Assembly (NCBI GenBank): GCA_951406725.2
Contig: OX597831.1
Span: 66,030,001 to 66,094,000, forward strand
From: Octopus vulgaris
Lineage: Eukaryota
Direction: 5' to 3'
Length of the DNA stretch: 64,000 bases
Below the pieces are notes generated by a model that was given only the letters and a program-made list of their open reading frames with translations, was not told the DNA's origin and searched no databases. The stretch's first letter is position 1; each line of letters starts with the position of its first letter. Shown here in pieces: positions 1 to 12,586 of this stretch. The position numbers were made by a program, and so were the translations under genes.

Positions 1-178
1 CGCACATATATATATATATATACATATATACGATGAGCTTCTTTCAGTTTCTGTCTACCAAATCCACTCACAAGGCTTTGGTCGGCCCGAGGCTATAGTA
101 GAAGACACTTGCCCAAGGTGCCACACAGTGGGACTGAACCCAGAACCATGTGGTTGGTAAACAAGCTACTTACCACAC
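1..178 (-). mobile_element. tRNA-derived SINE family A (CORE-like body, internal (TA)n/(TG)n), partial
   Basis: Reverse complement of the family A head/body (GTGTGGTAAGTAGCTTG...GGCACCTTGGGCAAGTGTC...GAAACTGAAAGAAG); cut by the window edge. Confidence 0.85.
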
Positions 179-644
179 TTTTGAAATATTTAATTTTTTA
201 CCATTTTACAGAAATGTTAGTACCACACAAATAAGCACCTCAAAGAACCTGATCAAAACCTCTATTTATATTTCAATCCTCATATGTGGTTATATTTTGG
301 TTTAAAAACTTATATAACAAATGAATTGGCCTCAAGAAGTGAATTCTTGTTAAAATAAAAATTTGTTGAGTGATTTATTTATCATGTACTTTTTCATCCA
401 ATCTTCAACCTTTAAGGAAGCAGAATTTAGCAAGATACTTCTATTATGAAATTCTTTAGAGACTTTAAAAATTAAGATTACTTGCAGAAACATTCCATAA
501 TATAACTATTGTCATTCATTGCCTTTTTAGCGCCAGATCATGTTTCATTCAATACACTCATCAACAGCCAGTGACAAATAACTTTAATGTGTGTGTGTGT
601 GTGTACCTGTGTGCGTGCATGTGTGCATGCACGTGCACGTATTT

Positions 645-1850
645 AATGTTGTAATTTACATTTTATACCTTCAAAAGCTATATGTATTTGATCAGTGTTG
701 TGACATTCCACTTCTCATAGGTACTGAACGAGGTTCTGTGATTGAGTAGACATTTCTTGAGTGTGTCTTCCATCATTGCATTTCATATTAGATTCTTTAT
801 TTGGCTCTGTGAACCTGACTTCTAGTTCATACACCATAACATCAGGGTTATACATGAGGAATATTTTACGGCAGCGAGTCATGGCCAATGAGAGTGGAAG
901 ATATTAAGCGACTAGAATCCTTCGATCACCTCTGTCTACACCACATCCTTCATGTCCGATGGCATCACTTTGTCTCCAACAATTCGGTGTGACACCAGTG
1001 CAGAATCACCTCTCTCCAACAAGTCATCCTAACAAGACGTCTGCATTGGCTGGGTCATGCCCTCCGTCGTCAACCAGGAGAATTCAGCTACGAAGCAATT
1101 GCCCCAGCTCCCCTTCAGAGTTGGTGAAAGCGACGTGGTGGACAATGAAAAACCTGGCTGATGACAGTCAAGGCTGATCTGGAACCCAACCTAGGCCCCC
1201 ATATCTACGGCGTTCGCCGCTGGAATAAGGAGTGGTTGGAGATCACGTAGTCGTTAGCCTCAAATCGCCAGGCCTGGTCGGCGTTTATGAGAGATGTAGC
1301 ATTGAGGATGAATGAAGCCAGCTCAACCCACCCCGGGTGAATGCAGTAAGAAGAAGAAGAAGAAGAAGAAGAAGGAGAAGAAGAAGAAGAAGAACATCAG
1401 GGTTACAGTGATTATTGAGTGGACATATGCTATTATCTCTACAGGTGCAACCTTAGATGGTCTTGTGTGAAAAGAGCTGCTTCATGTTGTTTATGTAATT
1501 GAAGGAAACCTAAAACGTGTACCTAAGAGTGGAGTAAAATGTTTGCAAACAAGTCACATGGAAGCTTTACCTATGCTGGACTTAAGCTTGAAATAGAAAG
1601 AGGTTGTAAATCAGATGACTTTACAATACTTTTGCCTTTGGAGGCTACGTGTGTAAGTAATCATCTTTTTGAAACTGTTTGAAGCTAGGATGTTGTTGTG
1701 ATAGAGACTCCTCTATCAAATATCTCCTTGCTAGAGGACAGATGTGATATCTACTTACTCTTTTAGCTGTGTTAAAGAAGTAGAAGTATCTCAGATCTGT
1801 CTGCTTTTGCAGAGACCATTCCAGATGTGAGGAGGTACATCTGATGGCTG
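645..1850 (-). pseudogene. Decayed Naiad-type Penelope-like element (RT thumb/linker + GIY-YIG), split by the RTE insertion 851-1392
   Basis: Manual minus-strand translation: KVI*FTTSF..LKSSIGKASM*LVCKHF, GCTCRDNSICPLNNHCNPDV|MVYELEV, EDTLKKCLLNHRTSF..VTTLIKYI*LLK; the frame is continuous across the RTE TSD. Confidence 0.75.
851..1392 (+). mobile_element. 5'-truncated RTE-clade LINE 3' end with (AAG)n tail
   Basis: YGSESWPMRVEDIKRLESFDHLCL...RRLHWLGHALRR...KTWLMTVKADL...NRQAWSAFMRDV with stops; 13-bp TSD AACATCAGGGTTA at 838-850 and 1393-1405. Confidence 0.9.
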
Positions 1851-1851
1851 T

Positions 1852-2158
1852 GGAGGCACATGGCCTAGTGGCTAGAGCAGCGGACTCACGGTTGAGGGAT
1901 CATGGGTTCGAATCTCAGACCGGGTGATGTGCGTGTTTATGAGTGAAACACCTAAGCTCCACGTGGCTCCGGCAGAAGGTAATGGCGAAACTTCTGCTGT
2001 CTCTTTCGCCACAACTTTCTCTCACTCTTTCCTCCTGTATCTTGCAGCTCACCTGCGACGGACTGGCATCCCATCCAGGTGGGGAACCTATACACCAAGA
2101 AATCAGGAAACCGGCCCTTATGAGCCAGGCATGGCTCGAGAAGGAACAAACAACAACA
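1852..2158 (+). mobile_element. tRNA(Arg-like)-derived SINE family B with V-domain-like segment and (AAC)n tail
   Basis: A box TGGCCTAGTGG, B box GGTTCGAATC; 15-bp TSD ACATCTGATGGCTGT at 1837-1851 and 2159-2173; sibling copies at 34891 and 57758. Confidence 0.9.
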
Positions 2159-2250
2159 ACATCTGATGGCTGTAAGCCCATTGAAATTTATGTGAAACTG
2201 GGTTATTTTACCTGCTTTGTTCATTTAATTGTTTCACAGAGAGATAGAGT

Positions 2251-2314
<64 letters not shown>

Positions 2315-2629
2315 TATATAATTATATGGTAAGGCTTCAACTAGTAGAATAGTATTCAATCAGTTAAGAGAGTAAAGATAATGTTACAAAGATAATGAAA
2401 AACTCAAGTCTTGTGAAAAACAGCTGCCCAGGATTTCCTGGCCAAAACATTAATTTATTTTGCTATCTTTCAAGTTTGTTGCTTTCTAAGCAGATGACAT
2501 TTGAACAAAGAACACTCATAAGGAAAAAGACAAAAAAGAAAAATAGGGGAGAATTAACAACATTACAAGAAACAAATGTCAAAATGTTGAAAAGGCTAAA
2601 CAAGATGTTAGTGGATTATGCTGTGTCCG

Positions 2630-3695
2630 GTGTCCTAATTTTAAACAATTCTGCCATGATGCATTTCTTTAAGTGTGGGCATAAAGAAAAACTTTCATTC
2701 CTGGAATACATAGTTTTTGGAGGCAGTTAAGTTCTTTAAGAGATATAGTCTCTCAAGAGAACATATTGAACATGTTTTTGACCCATTCATACAGGATTTG
2801 GTTTTGGAAAGTATTTTCCACTTGATGTCATAGTTGGTCCCTTCAGATTTCAGTTTCCTTGTTAAAACTGAAAGAGTGCTTGAATGTCACTTATCATAGT
2901 GCCTGAAAGTTGAAAGATGTTTGTTATATTTGGATTAAAATTTTCCTTTTACATCTCCAATATAATGCTTAATTTCTGTTCAATTGTTGTCATAGTTTGT
3001 TGATACCTGTGCTTTGTAAACAATTGAGAATATACTGTATTTCTGCCCTAGAGAACATTTAGATTTGTCTCTACACGTGCATCCAGGGCAGGCTTGAGTC
3101 AGTGGCTGCTTATTGATATATGTCTTAACATTAGGAGGACAAGGCAAGGTAATTTTGTGTGTTTGTTAAAGATTATATTGCATCGATGGGTTCTAAGAAG
3201 GTGAATATCTACTAAGTGTAAGAATTTTCGGATCTCTTCGGTTTGAACAGGAGTTTTTCTAGCAGTGTCATATGAAATTGTCACCCATAATTATGACCCT
3301 AGTATCGATCCATTGCATTTCAATCTGTTTTAGGGTTAGGGTTAGGGGGAAGGATATCTTTTTTTCTTCACAAATGTAATTAAACCCAATCTGTTTCTTA
3401 AATGAGGGACATATTCATACGGCACAGAATGTTTTTTTTACCTCAATAGATGTCACTGATTGGTTGAAATTGCAGAAATTGAAGAAAAAAAACAACAAAT
3501 ATCTTACAAACTATAGAATTTTCTCAATAAAGCCAAGAGAAAAAGATGTTTTATAAAGACATTCTACCAGTATACGAAGTTTCAAATTTTTTAGTTACCT
3601 AGAATTTATGTTAAAAACTGCCGTTCAAACCGAAAAGATCCGAATTTTCTACCTACATTTGTCCTAACATTAAGGAAGGATTCTTATTATAACAG
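2630..3695 (-). pseudogene. Decayed Naiad-type Penelope GIY-YIG region, split by the MITE 3230-3641
   Basis: Minus strand: NVRTNVGRKF|LHLVDIH, GCTCRDKSKCSL..SIVYKAQV..KHYIG..HLSTF..YDIKWKIL..GSKTCSICSLE..LCPHLKK. Confidence 0.8.
3230..3641 (+). mobile_element. Merlin-like MITE (412 bp) carrying TTAGGG repeats
   Basis: TIR GGATCTTTTCGGTTTGAACGGCAGTTTTT; 8-bp TSD GAATTTTC (3222-3229, 3642-3649); GG termini with an 8-bp TSD fit Merlin better than hAT. Confidence 0.8.
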
Positions 3696-4500
3696 CATGT
3701 ATGTGTGTGTATGTTTTCATTATAACAGTATGTGTGTGTGTATGTATGTGTATGTCCATGTATGTATCTACCTGCATGATTTGTACATTTCTATCAAAAT
3801 CTTGCTATTTACTAACAATTAAAATTTTATTTTATGCATTTTCTAATGATAATATTACAAGAGCTGTAAGTCAGAAATATACTGATATTTTGTAAATGAA
3901 TGTGCTTTGTATATTAATTTTAGAAAGTTCATAATTCCTTTTCTGTTTCTTAGTTAAAAAATAGGCTTCAGTCAGTGGCATGGACTTGAGTAAATGAAGA
4001 GTTTTGTGAATAAAGCTTAGAGAAGAAACAAAATTCTCGTGTTGATAACATTTGGATTTTTATCATCATAAATGTGAGAGGTAGAAAAATGCTAAGGTAA
4101 AGTTTGATATCAATTCTGAGTATTATCTAAAAAAAAAAAAATGCATGAAAAGACAAAGCTTTTTGCTTGTGCTTCTTGAAATCTGCCAATCAAAATGGAC
4201 GCTAAGGAGATCAGTTTCAAAGGAAAATGGACTTGCATATAATACCTAGCGTAATATCTTTTTAGACTTCACAAGATTTTTTTATGATTTAGATATTATT
4301 GTAATATTTAAAGCACACATTTACAAACACTTCCACACACATTGACATGTATGTGTGTCTGAGTTTATATGATTGTAGCGAATCTTTTTCATCATTGATC
4401 TTTTCAGCTTATATTCAGATAGATGGTAAGTGATAGGTTCAGGCTTCCATTCTTTCTGAGGTGCAATAGATTGAGGGATCTAGCCATTAGTGTTTGCTCT

Positions 4501-4920
4501 CTCTTTTACTCTTTTACTTGTTTCAGTCATTTGACTGCGGCCATGCTGGAGCACCACTTTTAGTCGAGCAAATCGACCCCGGGACTTATTCTTTGTAAGC
4601 CCAGTACTTATTCTTTGTAAGCCCAGTACTTATTCTATCGGTCTCTTTTGCCGAACCGCTAAGTGACGGGGACGTAAACACACCAGCATCGGTTGTCAAG
4701 CAATGCTAGGGGGACAAACACAGACGCACAAACACATACACATACACACATGTATATATACATATATACAACAGGCTTCTTTCAGTTTCCGTCTACCAAA
4801 TCCACTCACAAGGCATTGGTCGGCCCGGGGCTATAGCAGAAGACACTTGCCCAAGATGCCACGCAGTGGGACTGAACCCGGAACCATGTGGTTGGTTAGC
4901 ACACAGCCACTCCTGCACCT
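4501..4920 (-). mobile_element. SINE family A, full length
   Basis: Tail (CTCTTTTA)n through to head CCTGCACCT; small internal tandem duplication near 4585-4635. Confidence 0.9.
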
Positions 4921-5078
4921 ATTTATTTTTTATTTTGATATTCCTACATTTATGTTATTGTGAATTTCTTCTTGACTCTTCGTTTCAATCTCCTTTCTCA
5001 CATATCTCTGTTGTACCCATCATACTTTTGTTGCTGTTTGCAAATCACTGTGCTTTTATCCTTTCATAACTCCAATAT

Positions 5079-5420
5079 CCATTTCTTTACTACCCACAAG
5101 GGACTAAACACAGAGAGGACAAACAAGGACAGACAAACGGATTAAGTTGATTATATCGACCCCATTGCATAACTGGTACTTATTTAATCGACCCCGAAAG
5201 GATGAAAGGCAAAGTCGACCTCAGTGGAATTTGAACTCAGAACATAGCGGCAGGCGAAATACCTATTTCTTTACTACCTACAAAGGGCTAAAATCAGAGA
5301 GGACAAACAAGGACAGACAAACGGATTAAGTCGATTATATCGACTCCAGTGCGTAACTGGTACTTATTTAATCGACCCCGAAAGGATGAAAGGCAAAGTC
5401 GACCTCGGCGGAATTTGAAC
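5079..5420 (-). mobile_element. Two tandem 5'-truncated MetaSINE-like copies (family D)
   Basis: Reverse complement of GAGGTCGACTTTGCCTTTCATCCTTTCGGGGTCGAT..AAGTACCAG (Meta-domain-like) occurs twice. Confidence 0.8.
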
Positions 5421-5517
5421 TATGGATCCAATTTTCATTATGCCCAAGAGTTTATAATCATAACAACATGATGTTCAAAATTTCACTTATTGTTTCTATG
5501 CCTAGATAGTTACATAT

Positions 5518-5680
5518 AGGTGCAGGAGTGGCTGTGTGGTAAGTAGCTTGCTTACCAACCACATGGTTCCGGGTTCAGTCCCACTGTGTGGCACCTTGGG
5601 CAAGTGTCTTCTACTATAGCCTCGGGCTGACCAAAGCCTTGTGAGTGGATTTGGTAGACGGAAACTGAAAGAAGCCCGTC

Positions 5681-5738
<58 letters not shown>

Positions 5739-5950
5739 TGTTTGTGTGTCTGTGTTTGGCCCCTAGTATTGCTTGACAACCGATGCTGGTCTGTTTATGT
5801 CCCCATCACTTAGCAGTTCGACGAAAGAGACCGATAGAATAAGTACTGGGCTTACAAAGAATAAGTCCCGGGGGTTGAGTTGCTCGATTAAAGGTGGTGC
5901 TCCAGCATGGCCACAGTCAAATGACTGAAACAAGTAAAAGAGTAAAAGAG
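5518..5950 (+). mobile_element. SINE family A, full length
   Basis: AGGTGCAGGAGTGGCTGTGTGGTAAG head, GGTTCAGTCC B-box-like motif, GTAAAAGA-repeat tail. Confidence 0.9.
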
Positions 5951-6599
5951 AATATGTACAAAACTGTCCTGTTGGTGACACATTGCACCGGAGAGATACA
6001 AATGATTGAAACTGCACTGGTTTCCCTATGACTACACTCATAAATCAGTGACATAGGTGACATAAGATACCCCTAGGAAAGACTGTCACATGCTATGGAA
6101 GGTAGAAATGGCTGAAGGATCAGTCATACAAATCCAAACAAGCACAACTGGATGAAGGGGATAGATCTAGCTTGTTCCACATAAATGTGTATGTAAATAC
6201 ATGTGTGTGTGTGTGTGTGTTTGTGTATGCTTTTGTGTGTATGTACAACAACAGCAACAAATTAAAGCTGTTTTCTTTGCCAATATGTGGTTACTCATAT
6301 TGGTGCCATGACAGGCTAATCGTACTCAATACATTTCTTTTTAAGTGCTAATGTTCAACAAGTGTATGCCCTTCCTGCTGCCAACTCCTTTTGTCCCTTC
6401 TTATGATATACAAGGATAAAATATGTATGTATATGTGTGAGTATTATTTTACAAGAAAAGTTTGACAATTACTTCAGAATTTTGGCTAAGTGTCCTTTAT
6501 CTGATTGTATGCTACTTTGTTTTAAATTTGGTGGTACAATATAACTACAAAACGCATGTGATAAAGTAGTATATTTTTGTGATATATATAAAGAAATAT

Positions 6600-6995
6600 C
6601 TTGTTTACCAGCCACATGGTTCCAGGTTCAGTCCCACTGCATGGCACCTTGGGCAAGTGTCTTCTACTATAGCCTCGGGCCGACCAAAGCTTTGTGAGTG
6701 GATTTGGTAGACAGAAACTGAAAGCCTGTCGTATATATGTATATATATATATGTGTGCGTGTATGTATGTGTGTGTGTGTGTGTGTTTGTGTGTCTGTGT
6801 TTGCCCCCTAGTATTGCTTGACAACCGATGCTGGTGTGTTTATGTCCCCGTCACTTAGCGGTTCGGCAAAAAGAGACCGATAGAATAAGTACTGGGCTTA
6901 CAAAGAATAAGTCCCGGGGTCGAGTTGCTCGATTAAAGGTGTTGCTCCAGCATGGCCGCAGTCAAAGGACTGAAACAAGTAAAAGAGAAAAGAGA
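6600..6995 (+). mobile_element. SINE family A, head slightly truncated
   Basis: Colinear with the 5518-5950 copy. Confidence 0.85.
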
Positions 6996-7530
6996 TAGAG
7001 AATTTAGAAAAAAATTGTGGTGGGAATAAAGAAGTAATAGAATTAGGAGAGGGATATGATGATAAGGAGAGTAAGGAGAAGGAGAGCAAAAACGTAAAGG
7101 ATTATAGAGTGAAGGTAGGACAGAAAGGATTCTAAAATCCATTTTTCTGGTTTGATAGTTACTGCTTTGCTGAAACAAGCAGCTTCGGGTAAGCTGGTCA
7201 TATTTAGTGTAGGAAATTATTGTTTGTTTATATGTTACATACACAATGCATACACATACGCACACAAAGATCAAGTGAGTAAATACCATGAATTTTGATC
7301 ATGTTTTTAACATGGTACAATTTATCCTTGAAGGAAATTTGTAGTTTTATTACTTTGTTTTATTGCTTCAAATACTTATACATACATAAAGTAAAAGAAT
7401 GAGATGCATTTTAATGCATATGCATATGTTGGGAGAAAGGTATTCAAGTATAAGTAGTGCAGTTTTATTTATTTCTCAAAATATCCATATTTCATTCCTG
7501 AAATTTTCAGCTTCTTATTCAAATAAAGAT

Positions 7531-8145
7531 GGATCTTTTCGGTTTGAACGGCAGTTTTTAACATAATTTCTAGGTAACTAAAAAATTTTAAACATCGTAT
7601 ACTGGTAGAATGTGTTTATAAAACATCTTTTTCTCTTGGCTTTATTGAGAAAATTCTATAGATTGTAAGATATTTGTTGTTTTTTTTTTCTTCAATTTCT
7701 GCAATTTCAACCAATCAGTGATGTCTATTGAGGTAAACAACATTCTGGTTTTTCTGGCGGTGTCATATGAAATTGTCACCCATAATTATGACCCTATTAT
7801 CGATCTAGTGCATTTCAATCTGTTTTAGGGTTAGGGTTAGGGCTAGGGGTGGGGGAAAAGGTATCTTTTTTTCTTCACAAATGTAAATAAACCCAATCTG
7901 TTTCTTAAACGAGGGACATATTCATACGGCACAGAATGTTTTTTTACCTCAATAGATGTCACTGATTGGTTGAAATTGCAGAAATTGAAGAAAAAAAACA
8001 ACAAATATCTTACAAACAATAGAATTTTCTCAATAAAGCCAAGAGAAAAAGATGTTTTATAAACACATTCTACCAGTATACGAAGTTTAAAATTTTTTAG
8101 TTACCTAGAAATTATGTTAAAAACTGCTGTTCAAACTGAAAAGAT
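7531..8145. mobile_element. Composite Merlin-like MITE with two copies of the same end in inverted orientation
   Basis: 7531-7745 is the reverse complement of about 7931-8145; the middle matches the 3230 element, including the TTAGGG tract. Confidence 0.8.
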
Positions 8146-9429
8146 GACTCCAGCATAATTTGACTTATGCAGTTGTACATCTTTCATCTCCTAACACAGA
8201 ATAAACTAACTTTAAAACATTTTATAAACATTGAAAGTATGAACAAATGCACAACTTACAGCAACGAGCCATTTTGCAGCTATTACAGTTTACAAGCCAC
8301 TGCAACTTTTTTACTTTCACTGCTTCAACTATTATAGCTCCAAGCCATTTTGCAGCTTCTACATCAATTGTTACCCATCTTTATTTGTATGTCACAACAA
8401 CAGAATCTCTACTACGAAAGGAGCTTTCATTCATCTAGTTTCATCCAAGATACTTACTAAGCTGGACAATTCTGTTCAGTTCCCAAAAGTATAGTCATTT
8501 CCTTTTTATGGTGGTGAAATTGTCTGCTTTAACCGTGTGACATTTGAAAATGACCCAGTATTGATATCCAAATATAAGGCTTTGCTCTCATAAATGTCAT
8601 TTTAAAAACTTACATATTGTTGATTAATTTAATTCTGCACTGACAATCTGTCCTCGTGAATGTATAAACTGCTGCTTTTTATATTCCTTGAAATGTCATT
8701 TTCACCTTAGTACATGCACTACTATTTTTATGAATTTACATTGCTTATTACTGTTTCATATTATCTAGAATAACTGACCTACCACCAAACAGTGGAGTTC
8801 TATAGAAGCAGGTGAAAAAATGCAAAAAATAATTTGTACATATTCTGAATATAAATACAACCAACTTAACTTTGTGTTCTTTTTATTTGCCTACATGTAT
8901 GAATTTATTTTCGTTGTTTGAAGTTTTAGTGTATATTTTGATAACCTACCAGCCTCATGACAACATTGTAAAGAAAAGATATTTGATATAATAAAAAAAG
9001 AATGATTTTTTTTCTTTTATTCTCTGTGAAACCAGCAATGCTTTGAATTGTAAAAAGGATATGTAGTTTTTATTGTCACGAATCTCATGTTTGCCAGTAG
9101 TATATAAGTCATGGAACTACGTTCTTCCTTGGTAAATCTAAATGCAAGTCGTACTTTCATGTATGCTTTACTTTGAGACATATTGAAATTCTTTACAGAA
9201 TTCAAGTCAGTGACAAGGTTTCTCCTTTGTATGAAGAAACTTCAAGAGATCTGTGAATATGTGAATGAGTTAATGTGTATATATATTGCGTGTATATAGG
9301 CCTACGTGTGGATATACTTGCACTCCTGTAATGAATTGCATGTACTTTAGTATTTGAGTGTGTGTCTAATTATGTTTTACGGGTGTATGCCAAATGTGAT
9401 TGTTATACATTCATTACAGGAAACTCAAA

Positions 9430-9760
9430 TGGAGAATCTTTGGAATGTTTTATTAATCTTCACTGGACTGCCTAATTGATTAGGCTTGGATGATGCAATT
9501 CGGTTTGCTTAGCTCTTTCTTGGAAAATCCCAGCATTTCCAGTATTTAGGCAAACCTGTTGCTTCATAGCCTAGTGCACCTATGATAGTAGGTAGTTCCC
9601 CATAGTTGCCACAGTTCTAGATGAAACATTCACATCCACTCAGCAGCTGATCTCTAGAATGCATGGCTTTGTTCCCTGTCCTATAGAACAATATCAGGTC
9701 TATTGTGATTACTGTTTTATTAGAATGTTCCACCAGTATTCCTTATTTTTAAAGGTCTGA
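9430..9760 (-). pseudogene. Degraded restriction-like-endonuclease non-LTR element fragment (R4/NeSL-like C-terminus)
   Basis: Minus strand with frameshifts: EYWWNI..KT..HNRPDIVL*D..ILEISC*VDVNV..PTIIGALG. Confidence 0.55.
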
Positions 9761-9971
9761 ATACATTCAAGTGTTATAAATAATTACATCTGTTAGGTAT
9801 TGCATGGTTAGTCGTTCTTTAAATCTACATATTTTGATGCTGCAAAATTTATTTTTATAGCAGTGATGTTTTTAGTTCAGAAATGTATATGTTTATTGGA
9901 ATTTATGTCTAATTGATTCTTGCAAAATCAAGATGTATTAGGTTCTTCATTAGAAAAATCTGTTCAAATAA

Positions 9972-10315
9972 TCTCTATATGTATAAACGGCAAAATGTCT
10001 GCGTGTGTGTCCTTTATACAAATCCACAATTTTTCAGTTAGAGGGCTCGCACTTTCTATGGTCATTCAAAACCATCCAAGGGTGGTCGTGCACATCTTTA
10101 CATTTCCCAGTAACCCCGCAAAGCCGTTAAAAAATCAATAGAAGTGACTTTTTTGTGAATTTTCTATCAAAACCCAATCAAAATGCCCGAAACTTGATAC
10201 GCCAATTGAATGCCAGCTAGCTGTATGTGATTGGTCGGAGATTTGGACAGTACTCGCGTGTATGTGCGCACACACGCACGCAGCTGTATATGCATGCACA
10301 GTGATAAAGTATTCC
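9972..10315 (+). mobile_element. Possible 5' fragment of a non-autonomous Helitron
   Basis: Begins a|TCTCTATATGTATAAA like Helitron 5' ends and is CpG-retaining; no 3' hairpin-CTAG seen. Confidence 0.4.
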
Positions 10316-10834
10316 AATTCTTGTTGGTCAAGTAAGTATTTCCTGTTTTACTATATCATTATATACACAGCTAACCTGTGTGGAAAACTGTGACATTACT
10401 GGTTTTAACAAATCATATTTTGTTGCAAGCAAGAATTGCTTGTTAGCCTCCTGTGGATTTACAGTATGAATGCTGTTGGTCAACTGGAAATCTGCAGAAA
10501 TTATAGTCTTACTCTTCACCATTTACTTACTTTTTCTCTCTCTCTCTTCTCCCTCCTTCTCTCTCTCCCCTCTTTCTTTACTATGATTCAACATTTCATA
10601 GATATTTACTTTTTTTGCTCTTTTTTCTTTCTTTCAACTTAAGTTAAACACACTGATCCTCATCTATGGATATGTGAGAATAGATCGTGACATGCATAAA
10701 ATGGCATTGTTACAATAGCTAATTTGCTTCAATGTTGATGGACAGTTTCTGTTTACTGAGGAAGATGGCTTCTTTGAGCCTCAAATTACCAGTGATATAT
10801 TCTGTTGCATTGGTGGTAACAGAGTATGACTTTA

Positions 10835-10872
<38 letters not shown>

Positions 10873-10875
<3 letters not shown>

Positions 10876-11087
10876 AATAGAAACTTTATTATTTCTAAAT
10901 CTCTCAACGAGAGACATATAGTAGCAATACTTTAAAGTAAAGATTATTTGCCAACATAATGTGGCAGTCCCAGTTGGGATGAATATTACTGTTGTTTTAG
11001 CCCCAGGAAACATCATCTCTGACTGGCACATCTGTGTCCTTATATTTTCAAACAGTATGACTCATTATGTTGGCAAATAATCTTTAC
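10873..11087. mobile_element. (TA)n-embedded Penelope-terminus-like element with a 25-bp inverted repeat
   Basis: GTAAAGATTATTTGCCAACATAATG (10937-10961) is inverted at 11063-11087; body resembles 16058-16230. Confidence 0.55.
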
Positions 11088-11107
11088 ACACACACACATA
11101 TATATAT

Positions 11108-11438
11108 CTGAGACCCACTTCGGTCACGACAGACCATGGGATTGCACCTAGAAGGTTACGCTGCCAGGCACATGTCCCGGCAAAGCTGTTTATGGAAGAC
11201 CAGCAGTCGCCCATGCATACCGGCCTCCCCTCTCCACGCCACCAGTGTTATCCAAGGGAAAGGCACCAGCTGATACAGCTTGGCACTTATGATGTCGCAA
11301 CTCATTTCTACAGGTGAGTGAACTGGAACAACATGAAATAAAGTGTCTTGCTCAAGAACACAACACACAGCCCGGTCCAGGATTCGAGCTCACAACCTCT
11401 TGATCATAAGCTCGATGCTCTAACCACTGAGCCATGCG

Positions 11439-11440
<2 letters not shown>
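11108..11440 (-). mobile_element. tRNA-derived SINE family C (CORE-like)
   Basis: Minus strand TGGCTCAGTGGTTAGAGC..CTCGAATCC..GTGTTCTTGAGCAAGACACTTTA; sibling at 12587-12925. Confidence 0.85.
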
Positions 11441-11501
<61 letters not shown>

Positions 11502-11535
11502 CATCGAGCTTATGATCAAGAGGTTGATATATATA

Positions 11536-11628
<93 letters not shown>

Positions 11629-11671
11629 TATATACATATATATACATATATATATATACATACATATATAT

Positions 11672-11747
<76 letters not shown>
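11441..11747. repeat. (TA)n microsatellite, interrupted
   Basis: Read directly; source of the spurious YI-repeat ORFs. Confidence 0.95.
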
Positions 11748-11750
<3 letters not shown>

Positions 11751-12184
11751 TATGCCAACCAGACTATTTGATATTGCAATACACTGCTGGTCACAATGTG
11801 TATCCTCTCAATGTTGTAGCTTTTGAATGGTGTCATCCCACTAGCTGGGCATGCAGGTTAACATTCACCTTTGTATGGAATACCTGCACTCACAGATTTA
11901 CCCATTTGCAACTGAGTAGAATAGGGCAACATTAAATGAAATGTTTTGCTCAAGAACACAATGTAATACCCAGTCTGGGAATCAAAACCACAAGCCTTCA
12001 ATTGTGAGTACAACACTCTAACCACTAGGCCACACACCTTCACACACACACACTTGCACACACACACAAACACACACACATTTGGCATTCCAGAAGCGTG
12101 AAGGAGTCAGGCTCCTGTTAGAGGTCTGCAAATCTTGAAGTAGCATGGAGCTGAATGAAACTGTTTTAAATAATATATATATAT

Positions 12185-12572
12185 AGGCACAGGAGTGGCT
12201 GTGTGGTAAGTAGCTTGCTTACCAACCACATAGTTCTGGGTTCAGTTCCACTGCTTAACTCTTTGGGCAAGTGTCTACTATAGCCTCGGGCGAACCAAAG
12301 CCTTGTGAATAGATTTGGTAGATGGAAACTGAAAGAAGCCTGTCGTATATATGTATATACTATGTATGTATGTGTATATGTTTGCCCCCCCCCCCCCAAC
12401 ATCGCTTGACAATCGATTGTGGTGTGTTTACGTCCCTGTAACTTAGCAGTTTGGCAAAAGAGACCAATAGAATAAGAACTAGGCTTACAAAGAATAAGTC
12501 CTGAGGTCGATTTGCTTGACTAAAGGCAATGTCCAGCATGGCCGCAGTCAAATGACTGAAACAAGTAAAAGA
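12185..12572 (+). mobile_element. SINE family A
   Basis: Colinear with the other family A copies. Confidence 0.88.
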
Positions 12573-12586
12573 GTATATATATATTC

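Noticed and set aside
533-572. Hammerhead candidate TTGATGA..GAAACATG on the minus strand (similar weak cases near 2425-2475 and 49070-49135)
   Set aside because: Core altered and stems I/II not convincing; not counted.
1852-1925. tRNA genes at SINE heads (also 11370-11440, 34893-34965)
   Set aside because: The A/B boxes continue into SINE bodies with tails and TSDs, and the acceptor stems do not pair.
4703-4963. Recurrent [15 protein letters not shown] / YQIHSQGFG peptides as a gene family
   Set aside because: Antisense translations of SINE family A.
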